Made by a program: the position numbers and the translations under genes
Assembly (NCBI GenBank): GCA_963813335.1
Contig: CAWEYL010000001.1
Location: 1,056,001-1,120,000 of the forward strand
Length of the DNA stretch: 64,000 bases
Reading direction: 5' to 3'
Source of the DNA: an uncultured Chloroflexia bacterium
Lineage (GTDB): Bacteria; Chloroflexota; Limnocylindria; Limnocylindrales; CSP1-4
In this document: piece by piece, positions 9,689 through 18,495 of the stretch
Numbering within the stretch: position 1 is the first letter of the stretch
How the letters are laid out: every line of letters begins with the position of its first letter
The notes under the pieces: model-generated
Databases searched by the model: none
What the model was told of the DNA's origin: nothing
Seen by the model: only the letters and a program-made list of their open reading frames with translations

Positions 9689-11125
9689 TCATCGGTGGTA
9701 GACCACGCCGCCGGCGATGCGCTCCTTGTTGATGCGCCGGGCGAGGTGCAGCCCCTCGAGCAGGAACTCGACCGCCGAGGCGACCACCGCGGGCTCCTCG
9801 GCGCCGTCGGTGACGTCGTACGCCCCGAGCCGGTCGACCGCCTGGCTCATCCCGGGGACCTCGCGCATCCAGGCGACGTACTCCTTCGAGGGCGTGCGCT
9901 CGCCGGTCTCGACCACGAACCCATCCTCGAACGCCTCGACGACGGACTCGAGCGACTCGAGCTCGACGTGGCGGGTGAAGGTCGCGTACAGCGCCTTCGT
10001 GATCAGCCGCTCGACGATGCGGTCCTCCGGCGCGTCGTCGCCGACCGACTCGAGCTCGATCTTGCCGACGGTCGAGGCCACGACCGCGCCCAGGTCGGAC
10101 ACCCGCGGCGCCGCCAGCGGCTCGCCGAGGCGGACCGCGCGCTTGAGCGCCGCCGCCTCGAGGACCTCGAGGTTCGAGACCGAGACGCGGACGCTGACGC
10201 CGGAGCGCTGGCTGATCTCCGGGGACCGCCGAGCCAGGTGCGTCAGCTCGGCGAGCAGCTCCTCCATGAACGGCGGCGTCACGACGCCGGGCACGCCCTC
10301 CTCGACGCCGAACCGGCGCTTCTCCTGGCGGACGATCGCCATCTCGTCGGCGAGCGTACGCGGGTAGTGCGTCCGGATCTGCGACCCGAGGCGGTCCTTG
10401 AGCGGCGTGATGATGCGGCCGCGAGAGGTGTAGTCCTCCGGGTTGGCGGACGCGACGACGAAGAGGTCGAGCGGCAGCCGAACGACGAAGCCGCGGATCT
10501 GGACGTCACGCTCCTCGAGGATGTTGAGGAGGCCAACCTGGATCCGCTCGGCCAGGTCGGGCAGCTCGTTGATGGCCACGATCCCGCGGTTCGCCCGCGG
10601 GATCAGCCCGTAGTGGAGGGTCAGCTCGTCCGACAGGTAGCGCCCCTCGGCGACCTTGATCGGGTCGACCTCGCCGATCAGGTCCGCGATCGTGATGTCG
10701 GGGGTCGCGAGCTTCTCCGCGTAGCGCCGGTCGCGCCCGATCCAGGCGATGGCGGTCGCGTCGCCGTCCCGCTCGACGATGGCCCGAGCCGCCGGGCTGA
10801 TCGGGGCGAACGGGTCGTCGTTGAGCTCGCCGCCGGCGACGACCGGCAGCGAGTCGTCGAGGAGGCCGACGAGCGCGCGCGCCATCCGTGTCTTGGCCTG
10901 ACCGCGCTCGCCGAGGAAGACGAGGTCCTGGCCGGCGAGGATCGCGTTCTCGATCGCCGGTACCACGGAGTCGTCGAACCCGACCACGCCGGGCAGGACG
11001 GGCGTCCCCGCCGCGAGGCGGGCCAGAAGGTTGGCGCGGAGTTCGTCCTTGACCGTGCGCGAGCGCCAGCCGGAGGCGCGAAGCTCGGCGAGGGTCGTGG
11101 GGAGCGTCGGCTGGCGAGCGGGCAT
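9689..11125 (-). CDS. Magnesium-chelatase-like AAA+ ATPase
   Basis: Walker A GERGQAKT, INELPDL, ASANPEDYT, LKDRLGS. Confidence 0.88.
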   Translation of the reverse strand: MPARQPTLPTTLAELRASGWRSRTVKDELRANLLARLAAGTPVLPGVVGFDDSVVPAIENAILAGQDLVFLGERGQAKTRMARALVGLLDDSLPVVAGGELNDDPFAPISPAARAIVERDGDATAIAWIGRDRRYAEKLATPDITIADLIGEVDPIKVAEGRYLSDELTLHYGLIPRANRGIVAINELPDLAERIQVGLLNILEERDVQIRGFVVRLPLDLFVVASANPEDYTSRGRIITPLKDRLGSQIRTHYPRTLADEMAIVRQEKRRFGVEEGVPGVVTPPFMEELLAELTHLARRSPEISQRSGVSVRVSVSNLEVLEAAALKRAVRLGEPLAAPRVSDLGAVVASTVGKIELESVGDDAPEDRIVERLITKALYATFTRHVELESLESVVEAFEDGFVVETGERTPSKEYVAWMREVPGMSQAVDRLGAYDVTDGAEEPAVVASAVEFLLEGLHLARRINKERIAGGVVYHR

Positions 11126-11134
11126 CGGGGGTCC

Positions 11135-12055
11135 TCAGTGCGGCGCGTGGGTCGTGGGCGACGGAGCCTGGTCGGTCATTCGGTGGTCGGCGATGGCGAG
11201 GCGCACCGCATCGACGCTGGTCATCCCGGCGGCGGCGAGCGCGCCCAGGAGCTCGCGGCGACGGGCTTCCTCGGCCTCGAAGTCGCCCGGCCGACGCCCG
11301 GCGCGCCCGGCCAGCTCGGGCGTGATGCCCCAGCCGAAGTGCTCGAAGGCGTCGCGGCTCGGGTCCCATGTCGCAAGTACGGCCGGGCCCAGGCGCTGGA
11401 TGTGGCCGTGCATGTCGCGGACCGTCGGGCGCACGTAGTGGGCCGCAGCGATCCGCCGGCGCCCGTCGGGGAGCGCCCGGAGCAGCACGACCACGCCGAG
11501 CCGCGAGAGCTCGTCGTCGCCCAGGAGGACCGGCGGGCGCTGCAGCGACCCGAACACGTCCTCGAGCGAGTCGCCGTGGATGGTCGCGGCGAGCCCGTAC
11601 CCGACGGACACGGCGCGGATAGCCAGCCTCGCCTCGGCGCCCCACGTGTACGACGGCAGGTGGTCCGAGAGTTCCGCGGCGAGCAGCACGGTGGTGGCCG
11701 GCTGGACCGGGGGCACGCCGCTCGGCGCGGCCGGGGCGGCATCGCCGCGCGTCCGGTTCCACCCCAGCTCGGTCGCCTGGGGCAGCCAGTCGAAGGTCTC
11801 GTCCGCACCGCTCAACTCGACAGTCCGGACGCCCGGCGGCATGAAGTCGAGCAGCGCGCCTAGCAACGTCGACTTGCCGACGCCGTGGCCCTCGGCGGCC
11901 ACGATGATCGGGACCCGGGCCTCGACCAGGAGCCACAGGGTCGCCGCCAGCTGCGCGTCGAGCGTGCCCGCCCGGATCAGCTCCACGATGGAGCGGGGCT
12001 CGGGCGGGAGCGGGCGGAAGGCCCACCGTCCCGGCGACGGGGAGGCGTCGGCCAT
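11135..12055 (-). CDS. Short VirB11/CpaF-like P-loop ATPase
   Basis: ELIRAGTLD, AEGHGVGKSTLLGALL, LLAAEL, ATIHG. Start placed at MADASP (12055). Confidence 0.7.
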   Translation of the reverse strand: MADASPSPGRWAFRPLPPEPRSIVELIRAGTLDAQLAATLWLLVEARVPIIVAAEGHGVGKSTLLGALLDFMPPGVRTVELSGADETFDWLPQATELGWNRTRGDAAPAAPSGVPPVQPATTVLLAAELSDHLPSYTWGAEARLAIRAVSVGYGLAATIHGDSLEDVFGSLQRPPVLLGDDELSRLGVVVLLRALPDGRRRIAAAHYVRPTVRDMHGHIQRLGPAVLATWDPSRDAFEHFGWGITPELAGRAGRRPGDFEAEEARRRELLGALAAAGMTSVDAVRLAIADHRMTDQAPSPTTHAPH

Positions 12056-12282
12056 CGGTGACTCCGGACGTTCGATGCGGGGGGCGCGGCTCGGGACGGC
12101 AGCGTACGGCCGCCTCCGGAGAGCGTCAAACGGCGCCTCACGGGGCGCGGCGCGGGGTGCCGTGCGGATCGACCCCCGGACCTCCGGCCACGCTGGACCG
12201 TACGGATTTCCCGGACCGGTCCAGGACCCGGCGCACCTAGCCTTGCGAGAACGTCGCCGGCAACGCAGGGGAGCGCTCATCG

Positions 12283-13419
12283 ATGGACGGGTCCCGCTTG
12301 TCCTCGGCCCTGTTCTGCGAGCAGTGCGGCCTTGACCGGGACTCGCTTGGCGACGAGTCGATCTCCCCGTTCCGCGAGTGTCCTGCGTGCGCGCGCGCCG
12401 TCTGTCCGAACTGCTGGAACCTCGTCCGCGCCGCCTGCCTCCGTTGCGCGCCATTCAGCCTCGCGACCCGGGCCCCGAGCACGGTCGTCCCGCTCAGCGC
12501 GGTGGCACCCGCCGCAACGGCGGATCCCGCGTCGGCCGCGACACGGACCTCGAAGCTGCCCCGCCGAGGCAAGGGCTCGAAGGCGGCCGCCGCCGGGGCC
12601 GTGACGGCCAAGGCCGCAGGAACGGTCGGCGCCGCTCCGGCCGCCACCAGGACACCGGTCCCGATCTCGCCGCCGGTCGAGCGCGATGTCTCCTGGCCGG
12701 TCCGTGCCGGCAGCACGGCCGTCGACACGCCGTGGCCCGCGATGGGCAGCGCGCCGCAGCCGATCAAGGCGCCCGTCCGCCCGAACCGGGTGACGGCGCG
12801 CCGGCGCGGCCGATCGGGCGGGTTCACCGCGGCCGCCGGGATGGTCGTCGTGCTCGTGGCCATGTTCGGCGTGGCCGGGCTGGCGCTGGCGGCGTTCGGG
12901 CGGCTGCCGGCCGCGGGACCCGGCGGGCATCCGCCTGCGACCCAGACCCCGACCCAGCCGGACGGTTCCGCGCCCGGATCCGCGCCGATCGTGGCCCTCC
13001 CCACAGGCGGGACGACGACCGACCCGGTGTCCACAGGGGTGCCGGACACGACCGGCACGAGCGGCCCGGGCGGCAACACCGGCGGCCCGGGGACGCCGGG
13101 GACCCATGGCGCGCCGGGAGCGACCGTTCGGCCGGACGGCTCCACGCCGAAGCCGTTCACGACACCGGGAGCGACCGCCACGGCGACCGCGACTGCGACG
13201 CCCACGGCGGAGCCGACGCCGACCCCCACACCGGAGCCCACCGAGGCGCCGACACCGACGCCGACACCACCACCGGACCCGACGCCGGAGCCGACCGAGG
13301 TGCCGACACCGACACCGACACCACCCCCGGACCCGGATCCGACGCCCACCAACGCCCCCCAGCCCGAACACGACACCAGCTGGCAGGGTCCGCGGCTACC
13401 ATCGAGGGATGGCCGCTGA
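12283..13419 (+). CDS. Membrane protein with N-terminal 8-Cys zinc finger and C-terminal Pro/Thr-rich tail
   Basis: CEQC..CPAC..CPNC..CLRC, one TM segment (MVVVLVAMFGVAGLALAAF) and PT repeats; GGGGAG RBS upstream. Confidence 0.7.
   Translation: MDGSRLSSALFCEQCGLDRDSLGDESISPFRECPACARAVCPNCWNLVRAACLRCAPFSLATRAPSTVVPLSAVAPAATADPASAATRTSKLPRRGKGSKAAAAGAVTAKAAGTVGAAPAATRTPVPISPPVERDVSWPVRAGSTAVDTPWPAMGSAPQPIKAPVRPNRVTARRRGRSGGFTAAAGMVVVLVAMFGVAGLALAAFGRLPAAGPGGHPPATQTPTQPDGSAPGSAPIVALPTGGTTTDPVSTGVPDTTGTSGPGGNTGGPGTPGTHGAPGATVRPDGSTPKPFTTPGATATATATATPTAEPTPTPTPEPTEAPTPTPTPPPDPTPEPTEVPTPTPTPPPDPDPTPTNAPQPEHDTSWQGPRLPSRDGR
13228..13335 (+). repeat. Coding tandem duplication, 2 x 18 aa (TPEPTE[AV]PTPTPTPPPDP)
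   Basis: Seen directly in the translation; boundaries approximate. Confidence 0.75.
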
Positions 13420-14029
13420 GGACCCGGACCTCGAGATCGTCCCGCTGACCACGGAACGGTTCGCGGATCTCGCCGTCCTGTTCGAGGAAGGTGGCGATCC
13501 CCGCTGGTGCTGGTGCACCTACTTCCGCGTCCGCGGCCGCGACTGGACGAACTCGACCGCGGCCACGAACCGCGCGGAGCTCGAGTCGCGGGCCGCCGAC
13601 GATCCGCCTGCGGGCCTGGTCGCCTACGCGGGCGACCGCGCGGTCGGCTGGGTCAGTCTCGGGCCACGCGAGAGCTACGAGCGGATCGCCGCGTCGCGTG
13701 TCCTCGCGCCCGTCGATGCGCGCCCCGCCTGGTCCATCGTCTGCTTCGTCGTGTCGCGGACGGCCCGCGGTCGCGGCGTCGCCCGGGCCCTCCTCGACGC
13801 GGCCATCGAGCACGCGACGGCGCACGGCGCGACGCTCCTGGAGGCCTACCCGCTCGACACGGAGGGCGGTCGAGTCCCGTCCGCGCACGTCTATCGCGGC
13901 ACGCTCAGGATGTTCCGGGCCGCGGGATTCACCGAGGTGGCGCGACGCCGTGCGAACGCGACGGCGCCGGAACGGCCCATCGTCCGGCTCGAGATCCGAG
14001 CCGGCCCTACGTCATCCGTCCCGTCCTGA
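13409..14029 (+). CDS. GNAT family N-acetyltransferase
   Basis: CWCTYFR, VGWVSLGPR, WSIVCFVV, RGRGVARALL, LEAYP. TACCAT lies 6 nt upstream of the ATG. Confidence 0.88.
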   Translation: MAAEDPDLEIVPLTTERFADLAVLFEEGGDPRWCWCTYFRVRGRDWTNSTAATNRAELESRAADDPPAGLVAYAGDRAVGWVSLGPRESYERIAASRVLAPVDARPAWSIVCFVVSRTARGRGVARALLDAAIEHATAHGATLLEAYPLDTEGGRVPSAHVYRGTLRMFRAAGFTEVARRRANATAPERPIVRLEIRAGPTSSVPS

Positions 14030-14048
14030 CGCACGTCGTCCGCCCGGG

Positions 14049-14078
14049 TTGACACGGCTCCGTCACGCCGCCTAGACT
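14049..14078 (+). promoter_or_regulatory. Sigma70 promoter of the ABC-rsgA operon
   Basis: TTGACA-18 nt-TAGACT. Confidence 0.75.
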
Positions 14079-14135
14079 GCCGGCTGGCGTGCATGTCGCC
14101 CGCCCTCGTCTAGCTCTCTTGGAGGGTCCCTCCAT

Positions 14136-14219
14136 ATGACGATGCTCCTCAGCTTCCGGCACACGCCGGCGCCCATCGGCGTCGACGCGAGCGGGAGATC
14201 TGTGCCCATCTCGAGCTAG
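14136..14219 (+). CDS. Putative leader peptide (MTMLLSFRHTPAPIGVDASGRSVPISS, 27 aa)
   Basis: GGAGG RBS at 14121. The ORF lies between the promoter and an intrinsic terminator, and its 3' codons are complementary to the terminator 5' arm. Confidence 0.65.
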   Translation: MTMLLSFRHTPAPIGVDASGRSVPISS

Positions 14220-14255
14220 CCGCAGGCGGCAGGACCGCCTTCCGGACAGACCACG

Positions 14256-14288
14256 AGCCGTGGGCCAGATCGGGCCCCCGGCTTTTTT
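14256..14288 (+). terminator. Intrinsic terminator (attenuator) in the 5' leader
   Basis: AGCCG-TGGGCC-loop-GGCCC-CCGGC followed by TTTTTT, upstream of the first structural gene. Confidence 0.85.
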
Positions 14289-14419
14289 GATGCCCTTCCC
14301 CGCCCTCCAGGCGGACCAGCTGGACACCACGAGCCGCGAGGCCCACCCCGACCAGGTCGGAGGCGAGCCCGCGGCTCGTCCCGTTCCAGCCCTCCACCCG
14401 TCCAGCCCTGGAGTCCACC

Positions 14420-15301
14420 GTGACCGCCACCGTCATCGAACAACCGAAGATCGACGCCTCGGCGATCCGTCCAGCCGTCTGGCCGGTTGCCGCCGGCGTC
14501 CCGGCCCTGCTCATCGAGCGCGTCAGCAAGCGCTTCGTGGTCGGCCGGGACAAGAAGGCCGTCGATGCCATCACCGACGTGTCGCTGCGCCTCGAGCGCG
14601 GCGACATCCACGGGATCCTCGGCGCCAACGGCTCGGGGAAGTCCACGCTCATCCGCCTCATCTCGGGCCTGCTGACCCTGGACGAGGGCCGGGTCGAGGT
14701 CTTCGGCCACGACATCGAACGCGACGAGCTCGCGGTCAAGCGCCTGATCAACCGGGTCAGCGTCGACGCCGCCTTCTTCAAGAAGCTCAGCCCGATGGAG
14801 AACCTGGTCTTCGCGGCGCGGCTCTACGGCCTCGACGGGACGACCGCCAAGCGCGATGCGATCGCGATCCTGGAACGGCTGGGCATCGGCGAGAAACGCC
14901 TCAACCGCCCCATCGAGCAGATGAGCCGGGGGATGCAGCAGAAGGTCGCCATCGCGCGAGCCCTGCTGACCAGCCCGTCCCTGCTGCTCCTGGACGAACC
15001 GACCACCGGCCTGGACCCGCGCTCGAAGCTCGAGGTCCAGACCTTCATCGAGGAGATCAACACCACCGCCGACGCGACCATCGTCCTGACGACGCATGAC
15101 CTGGCCGAGGCCGAGCGCCTCTGCGGCCGGATCACCGTCCTCAACGACGGCAAGGTCGTGGCGGAGGACACCCCCGAGGGCCTCAAGACCCTGATCGGGG
15201 ACCGCATGGGTCGAGCGCCGACCCTCGAAGACGTGTTCATGACCTACACCGGCCGTTCCCTCGACGATGACGTCGAGGAGGACGACGCCGAGATCGACTG
15301 A
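14420..15301 (+). CDS. ABC exporter ATP-binding protein (DrrA/NodI-like)
   Basis: GANGSGKST, MSRGMQQK, LLLLDEPTTGLDP, TTHDL. Confidence 0.93.
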   Translation: MTATVIEQPKIDASAIRPAVWPVAAGVPALLIERVSKRFVVGRDKKAVDAITDVSLRLERGDIHGILGANGSGKSTLIRLISGLLTLDEGRVEVFGHDIERDELAVKRLINRVSVDAAFFKKLSPMENLVFAARLYGLDGTTAKRDAIAILERLGIGEKRLNRPIEQMSRGMQQKVAIARALLTSPSLLLLDEPTTGLDPRSKLEVQTFIEEINTTADATIVLTTHDLAEAERLCGRITVLNDGKVVAEDTPEGLKTLIGDRMGRAPTLEDVFMTYTGRSLDDDVEEDDAEID

Positions 15302-15316
15302 AAGGAGGTGATAACC

Positions 15317-15511
15317 ATGTTGTACGCCATCGAAGTCCACGCCCAGCTCGCGCACGAGCGGATCGAACGCGAGATCGCGTTCGCCGCCGAACGCCGCCGC
15401 TTCGGGCTGGACCAGCCCTCGTCCATCCGACGTGCCATCGGGCACCGATTCATCGCGATCGGTGCACGGCTCGCGTCGGAGCCCTCGCTGGAGTCGGTCC
15501 GGTCCCGCTGA
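15317..15511 (+). CDS. Small hypothetical protein (64 aa)
   Basis: Very strong RBS AAGGAGGTGAT before ATG 15317; lies between the ATPase and permease genes. Confidence 0.65.
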   Translation: MLYAIEVHAQLAHERIEREIAFAAERRRFGLDQPSSIRRAIGHRFIAIGARLASEPSLESVRSR

Positions 15512-15545
15512 GGACCGGACCGACTCCCCACCTGGAGATCCTCCG

Positions 15546-16349
15546 ATGACCGTCGTCGCCCATGAGCTGAAGGCCTCCTATGCCTTCATGGAGCGCAACT
15601 TCTTCCTCACTCGCCGCTACTGGGGCTGGGAACTCGCGTTCCTGGTCTACTCGGTCGCGGGCGCGCTCTCGATCTCGCTCATCGGTGTCGACCAGGGCAG
15701 CCCCGAGCTGCTGCTGACCCTGATGGTCGGGGCGATCTTCTGGAACTACCTGTCGGTCGTCTTCAGCTGGATCGCCGAGACCGTCTCGGTCGAGCGTTGG
15801 GAGGGCACCCTCGAGTACACCTTCATGGCCCCGGTCCGGCGCTGGTCGCAGCTGGTCGGCCAGGTCTCGTACGCGATGGTGTACGGCCTGATCCACACGG
15901 CGGTGATCTTCATCGTGCTCGTGCTGTTCTTCCCGCAGCTGGACCTGAGCCACGCGAACCCGGGGACCGCCCTGACGTTCATGCTGCTCGGCTCGTTCAG
16001 CTTCGTCGGGATCGGCATGATCGCGGCCATCCTGCCGCTGCTGTACGTCGAGCGCGGCGCGCAGATGACGTTCGTGCTGCAGTCCTGCATCCTGCTCGTC
16101 AGCGGCGTCTACTACTCGGTCGAGGTCCTGCCCGAGTGGATGCAGGTGCTCTCGCGCCTGTCGCCCGCGACCTACGTCCTCGAGGGCGTGCGGGCCGGGC
16201 TCGTGCACGGCGCCCCGGTCTCCGAGCTGCTCGACGACGTCTGGCCGCTCGTCGTGATGGGCTTCGTGTTCATCCCGTTCGGGCTGTGGGCGTTCGGCCG
16301 CGCGGAGCGCTACGCCAAGCGCACCGGCAAGCTGAAGCGGGTCGGCTGA
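15546..16349 (+). CDS. ABC-2 type permease
   Basis: ERWEGTLEYTFMAP, SGVYYSVEVLPEWMQ..SPATY; about 6 TM segments. Confidence 0.9.
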   Translation: MTVVAHELKASYAFMERNFFLTRRYWGWELAFLVYSVAGALSISLIGVDQGSPELLLTLMVGAIFWNYLSVVFSWIAETVSVERWEGTLEYTFMAPVRRWSQLVGQVSYAMVYGLIHTAVIFIVLVLFFPQLDLSHANPGTALTFMLLGSFSFVGIGMIAAILPLLYVERGAQMTFVLQSCILLVSGVYYSVEVLPEWMQVLSRLSPATYVLEGVRAGLVHGAPVSELLDDVWPLVVMGFVFIPFGLWAFGRAERYAKRTGKLKRVG

Positions 16350-17452
16350 TGCTCGGCTGGGATCCCGCCTGGGAGACGCACCTGGCGCCCTTCTCGGGTG
16401 CCGGGCGCGTCGCCGCGCGCGTCATCGCGGTCCACAAGGAGACCTCGATCGTGCGCGGGTCGGACGGGGTGGACCGGCCGGCCACGGTGTCTGGCCGGTT
16501 CCGCTTCGAGGCGCTCGCCACGTCCGACTACCCGGCGGTCGGCGACTGGGTGGCCCTCGAGGCGTCCACGGCCGCGCCGGGCACGGAGGACCGCGTGATC
16601 ATCGCCGCGATCCTGCCGCGCCGGTCGGCGTTCACCCGCAGCGCCGCGGACGCGAGCCGGCGGACGGCCGGCCACCTCGCCGACGAGCAGGTCATCGCCG
16701 CCAACGTCGACGTCGCCTTCATCGTGGCCGGGCTCGACCACGACTTCAACCTGCGCCGCCTGGAGCGCTACCTCGCGGTCGCCTGGTCGAGCAACGTGAC
16801 CCCGGTGGTCGTCCTCAACAAGGCGGACATCGCCGACGACCTCGACGGCCGCCTCGTGGCGGTCGGCGCGGTCGCGCCCGGCGTGCCGGTGGTCGTCCTC
16901 TCCGCGCTGACGGGCGAGCACCTCGGCGACCTGCGGCCGCACCTGGTGACGGGCCGGACCGCGGTCGTGCTCGGCTCGTCGGGCGTCGGCAAGTCCACGC
17001 TCGTGAACGCGCTGCTCGGCGAGGAGCGCCAGTCGACCGCCGCCGTCCGCGAGGACGACTCGCGCGGCCGGCACACGACCACCCATCGCGAGCTGTTCGA
17101 GCTGCCCGGCGGCGCCTTGCTGATCGACACGCCCGGAATCCGCTCGCTCGAGGTGGCGGGCGCCGACGAGGGCGTCGAGACCGCCTTCGACGACATCCTC
17201 GAGCTGGCTGCCACGTGCCGCTTCTCGGATTGCCGCCACGAGGGCGAGCCCGGCTGCGCGATCCAGGCCGCCGTCACCGACGGCACGCTCAGCGCCGACC
17301 GGCTCGCGAGCCACCGCAAGCTCGAGCGCGAGCTGGCTCGCGCGGTTCGCGAGACCGATCCCCGGGCACGAGCCGAGTTCCGGCGCAAGTGGCAGATCAT
17401 CCACAAGTCGGTCGACCAGCACATGAAGACCAAGTACGGAGGACGACCATGA
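16349..17452 (+). CDS. rsgA: Ribosome small subunit-dependent GTPase A
   Basis: PAVGDWV, IAANVD, LNKAD, GSSGVGKSTLVN, GRHTTT, DTPG, CRFSDCRHEGEPGC zinc finger; TGATG coupling to the permease. Confidence 0.93.
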   Translation: MLGWDPAWETHLAPFSGAGRVAARVIAVHKETSIVRGSDGVDRPATVSGRFRFEALATSDYPAVGDWVALEASTAAPGTEDRVIIAAILPRRSAFTRSAADASRRTAGHLADEQVIAANVDVAFIVAGLDHDFNLRRLERYLAVAWSSNVTPVVVLNKADIADDLDGRLVAVGAVAPGVPVVVLSALTGEHLGDLRPHLVTGRTAVVLGSSGVGKSTLVNALLGEERQSTAAVREDDSRGRHTTTHRELFELPGGALLIDTPGIRSLEVAGADEGVETAFDDILELAATCRFSDCRHEGEPGCAIQAAVTDGTLSADRLASHRKLERELARAVRETDPRARAEFRRKWQIIHKSVDQHMKTKYGGRP

Positions 17453-18495
17453 CCCGGACCGCGGAGACCAGCACGCCGACCGCCTGGCTGGACCTGCCGG
17501 GCGCGCCAGCCGTCCCAGGGCTGCGCTTCCGCGCGTTCCGGGACCCGGCCGACTACGAGCCGATGTCCGCCGTCATGTGCGCGGCCGCGCGAGCGGACGA
17601 CATCCCGTGGCTGCCGACGGCGGACCACCTGCGCATCGAAAACGAGGGCGACGATGGGATCTCGCCACCCGACGACATCGTCTTCGCCGAGATCGACGGC
17701 GTGGCGGTCGCGGTCGCCGGGAGCGATCGGGTGGTCCGCGACGGCGTGCCGACCTACGAGATCTGGGGCTTCATGGCCCCGGAGGCGCGGCGGCGCGGGA
17801 TCGGCACCGCGCTCTTCGCCCGGAACCTCGCGCGGGTCCACGAGCGCGCCGCGAGCGTGGACCACGGTCTGCCCGTGGTCATCGGCGCCCACGCCGAGGA
17901 CGGCCAGGACGGCGACCGGATCCTCATCGAGGGCAGCGGCTTCGAGCCGGTGCGCCACTTCTACCTCATGCGCCGCGACCTCACGGCGCCGATCCCCGAT
18001 GTCCCGATGCCGGACGGCATGGACCTGCGCCCGGTGACCCCGGACCAGTACCGGACGATCTATGAGGCCCAGGTCGAGGCGTTCCGCGACCACTGGGGCC
18101 ACCGCGAGGGCAGCGAGCACGGGTACGAGGCCACGTACGCGCGCAAGGAGCTGGACACCTCGCTGTGGGCCGTGGCGTGGGCCGGCGACGAGGTCGCCGG
18201 CGTCGTCGAGAACTGGATCTGGGCCGACGAGAACGCCCAGCTCGGTGTCGAACGCGGCTGGCTCGAGAAGGTCAGCGTCCGCCGGCCGTTCCGCCGGAAG
18301 GGTCTCGCCCGCGCCCTCGTCGCCGAGTCGCTCCGGCGGCACCGGGACGCCGGCATGACCGACGGCATGCTCGGGGTGGATGCGACCAACCCGCTCGGGG
18401 CGCTCGCCCTGTACGAGGGCGTCGGCTTCGAGGTCGCGCGCCGCGAGATCGCCTACCGCCGCACGGACAAGCCGAGGGCCGAACCGGCGGGCTAG
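17449..18495 (+). CDS. Tandem GNAT acetyltransferase (MshD-like architecture)
   Basis: Two acetyl-CoA motifs (RRRGIGTAL, RRKGLARAL) and GVDATNPLGALALYEGVGF; ATGA overlap with rsgA. Confidence 0.85.
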   Translation: MTRTAETSTPTAWLDLPGAPAVPGLRFRAFRDPADYEPMSAVMCAAARADDIPWLPTADHLRIENEGDDGISPPDDIVFAEIDGVAVAVAGSDRVVRDGVPTYEIWGFMAPEARRRGIGTALFARNLARVHERAASVDHGLPVVIGAHAEDGQDGDRILIEGSGFEPVRHFYLMRRDLTAPIPDVPMPDGMDLRPVTPDQYRTIYEAQVEAFRDHWGHREGSEHGYEATYARKELDTSLWAVAWAGDEVAGVVENWIWADENAQLGVERGWLEKVSVRRPFRRKGLARALVAESLRRHRDAGMTDGMLGVDATNPLGALALYEGVGFEVARREIAYRRTDKPRAEPAG

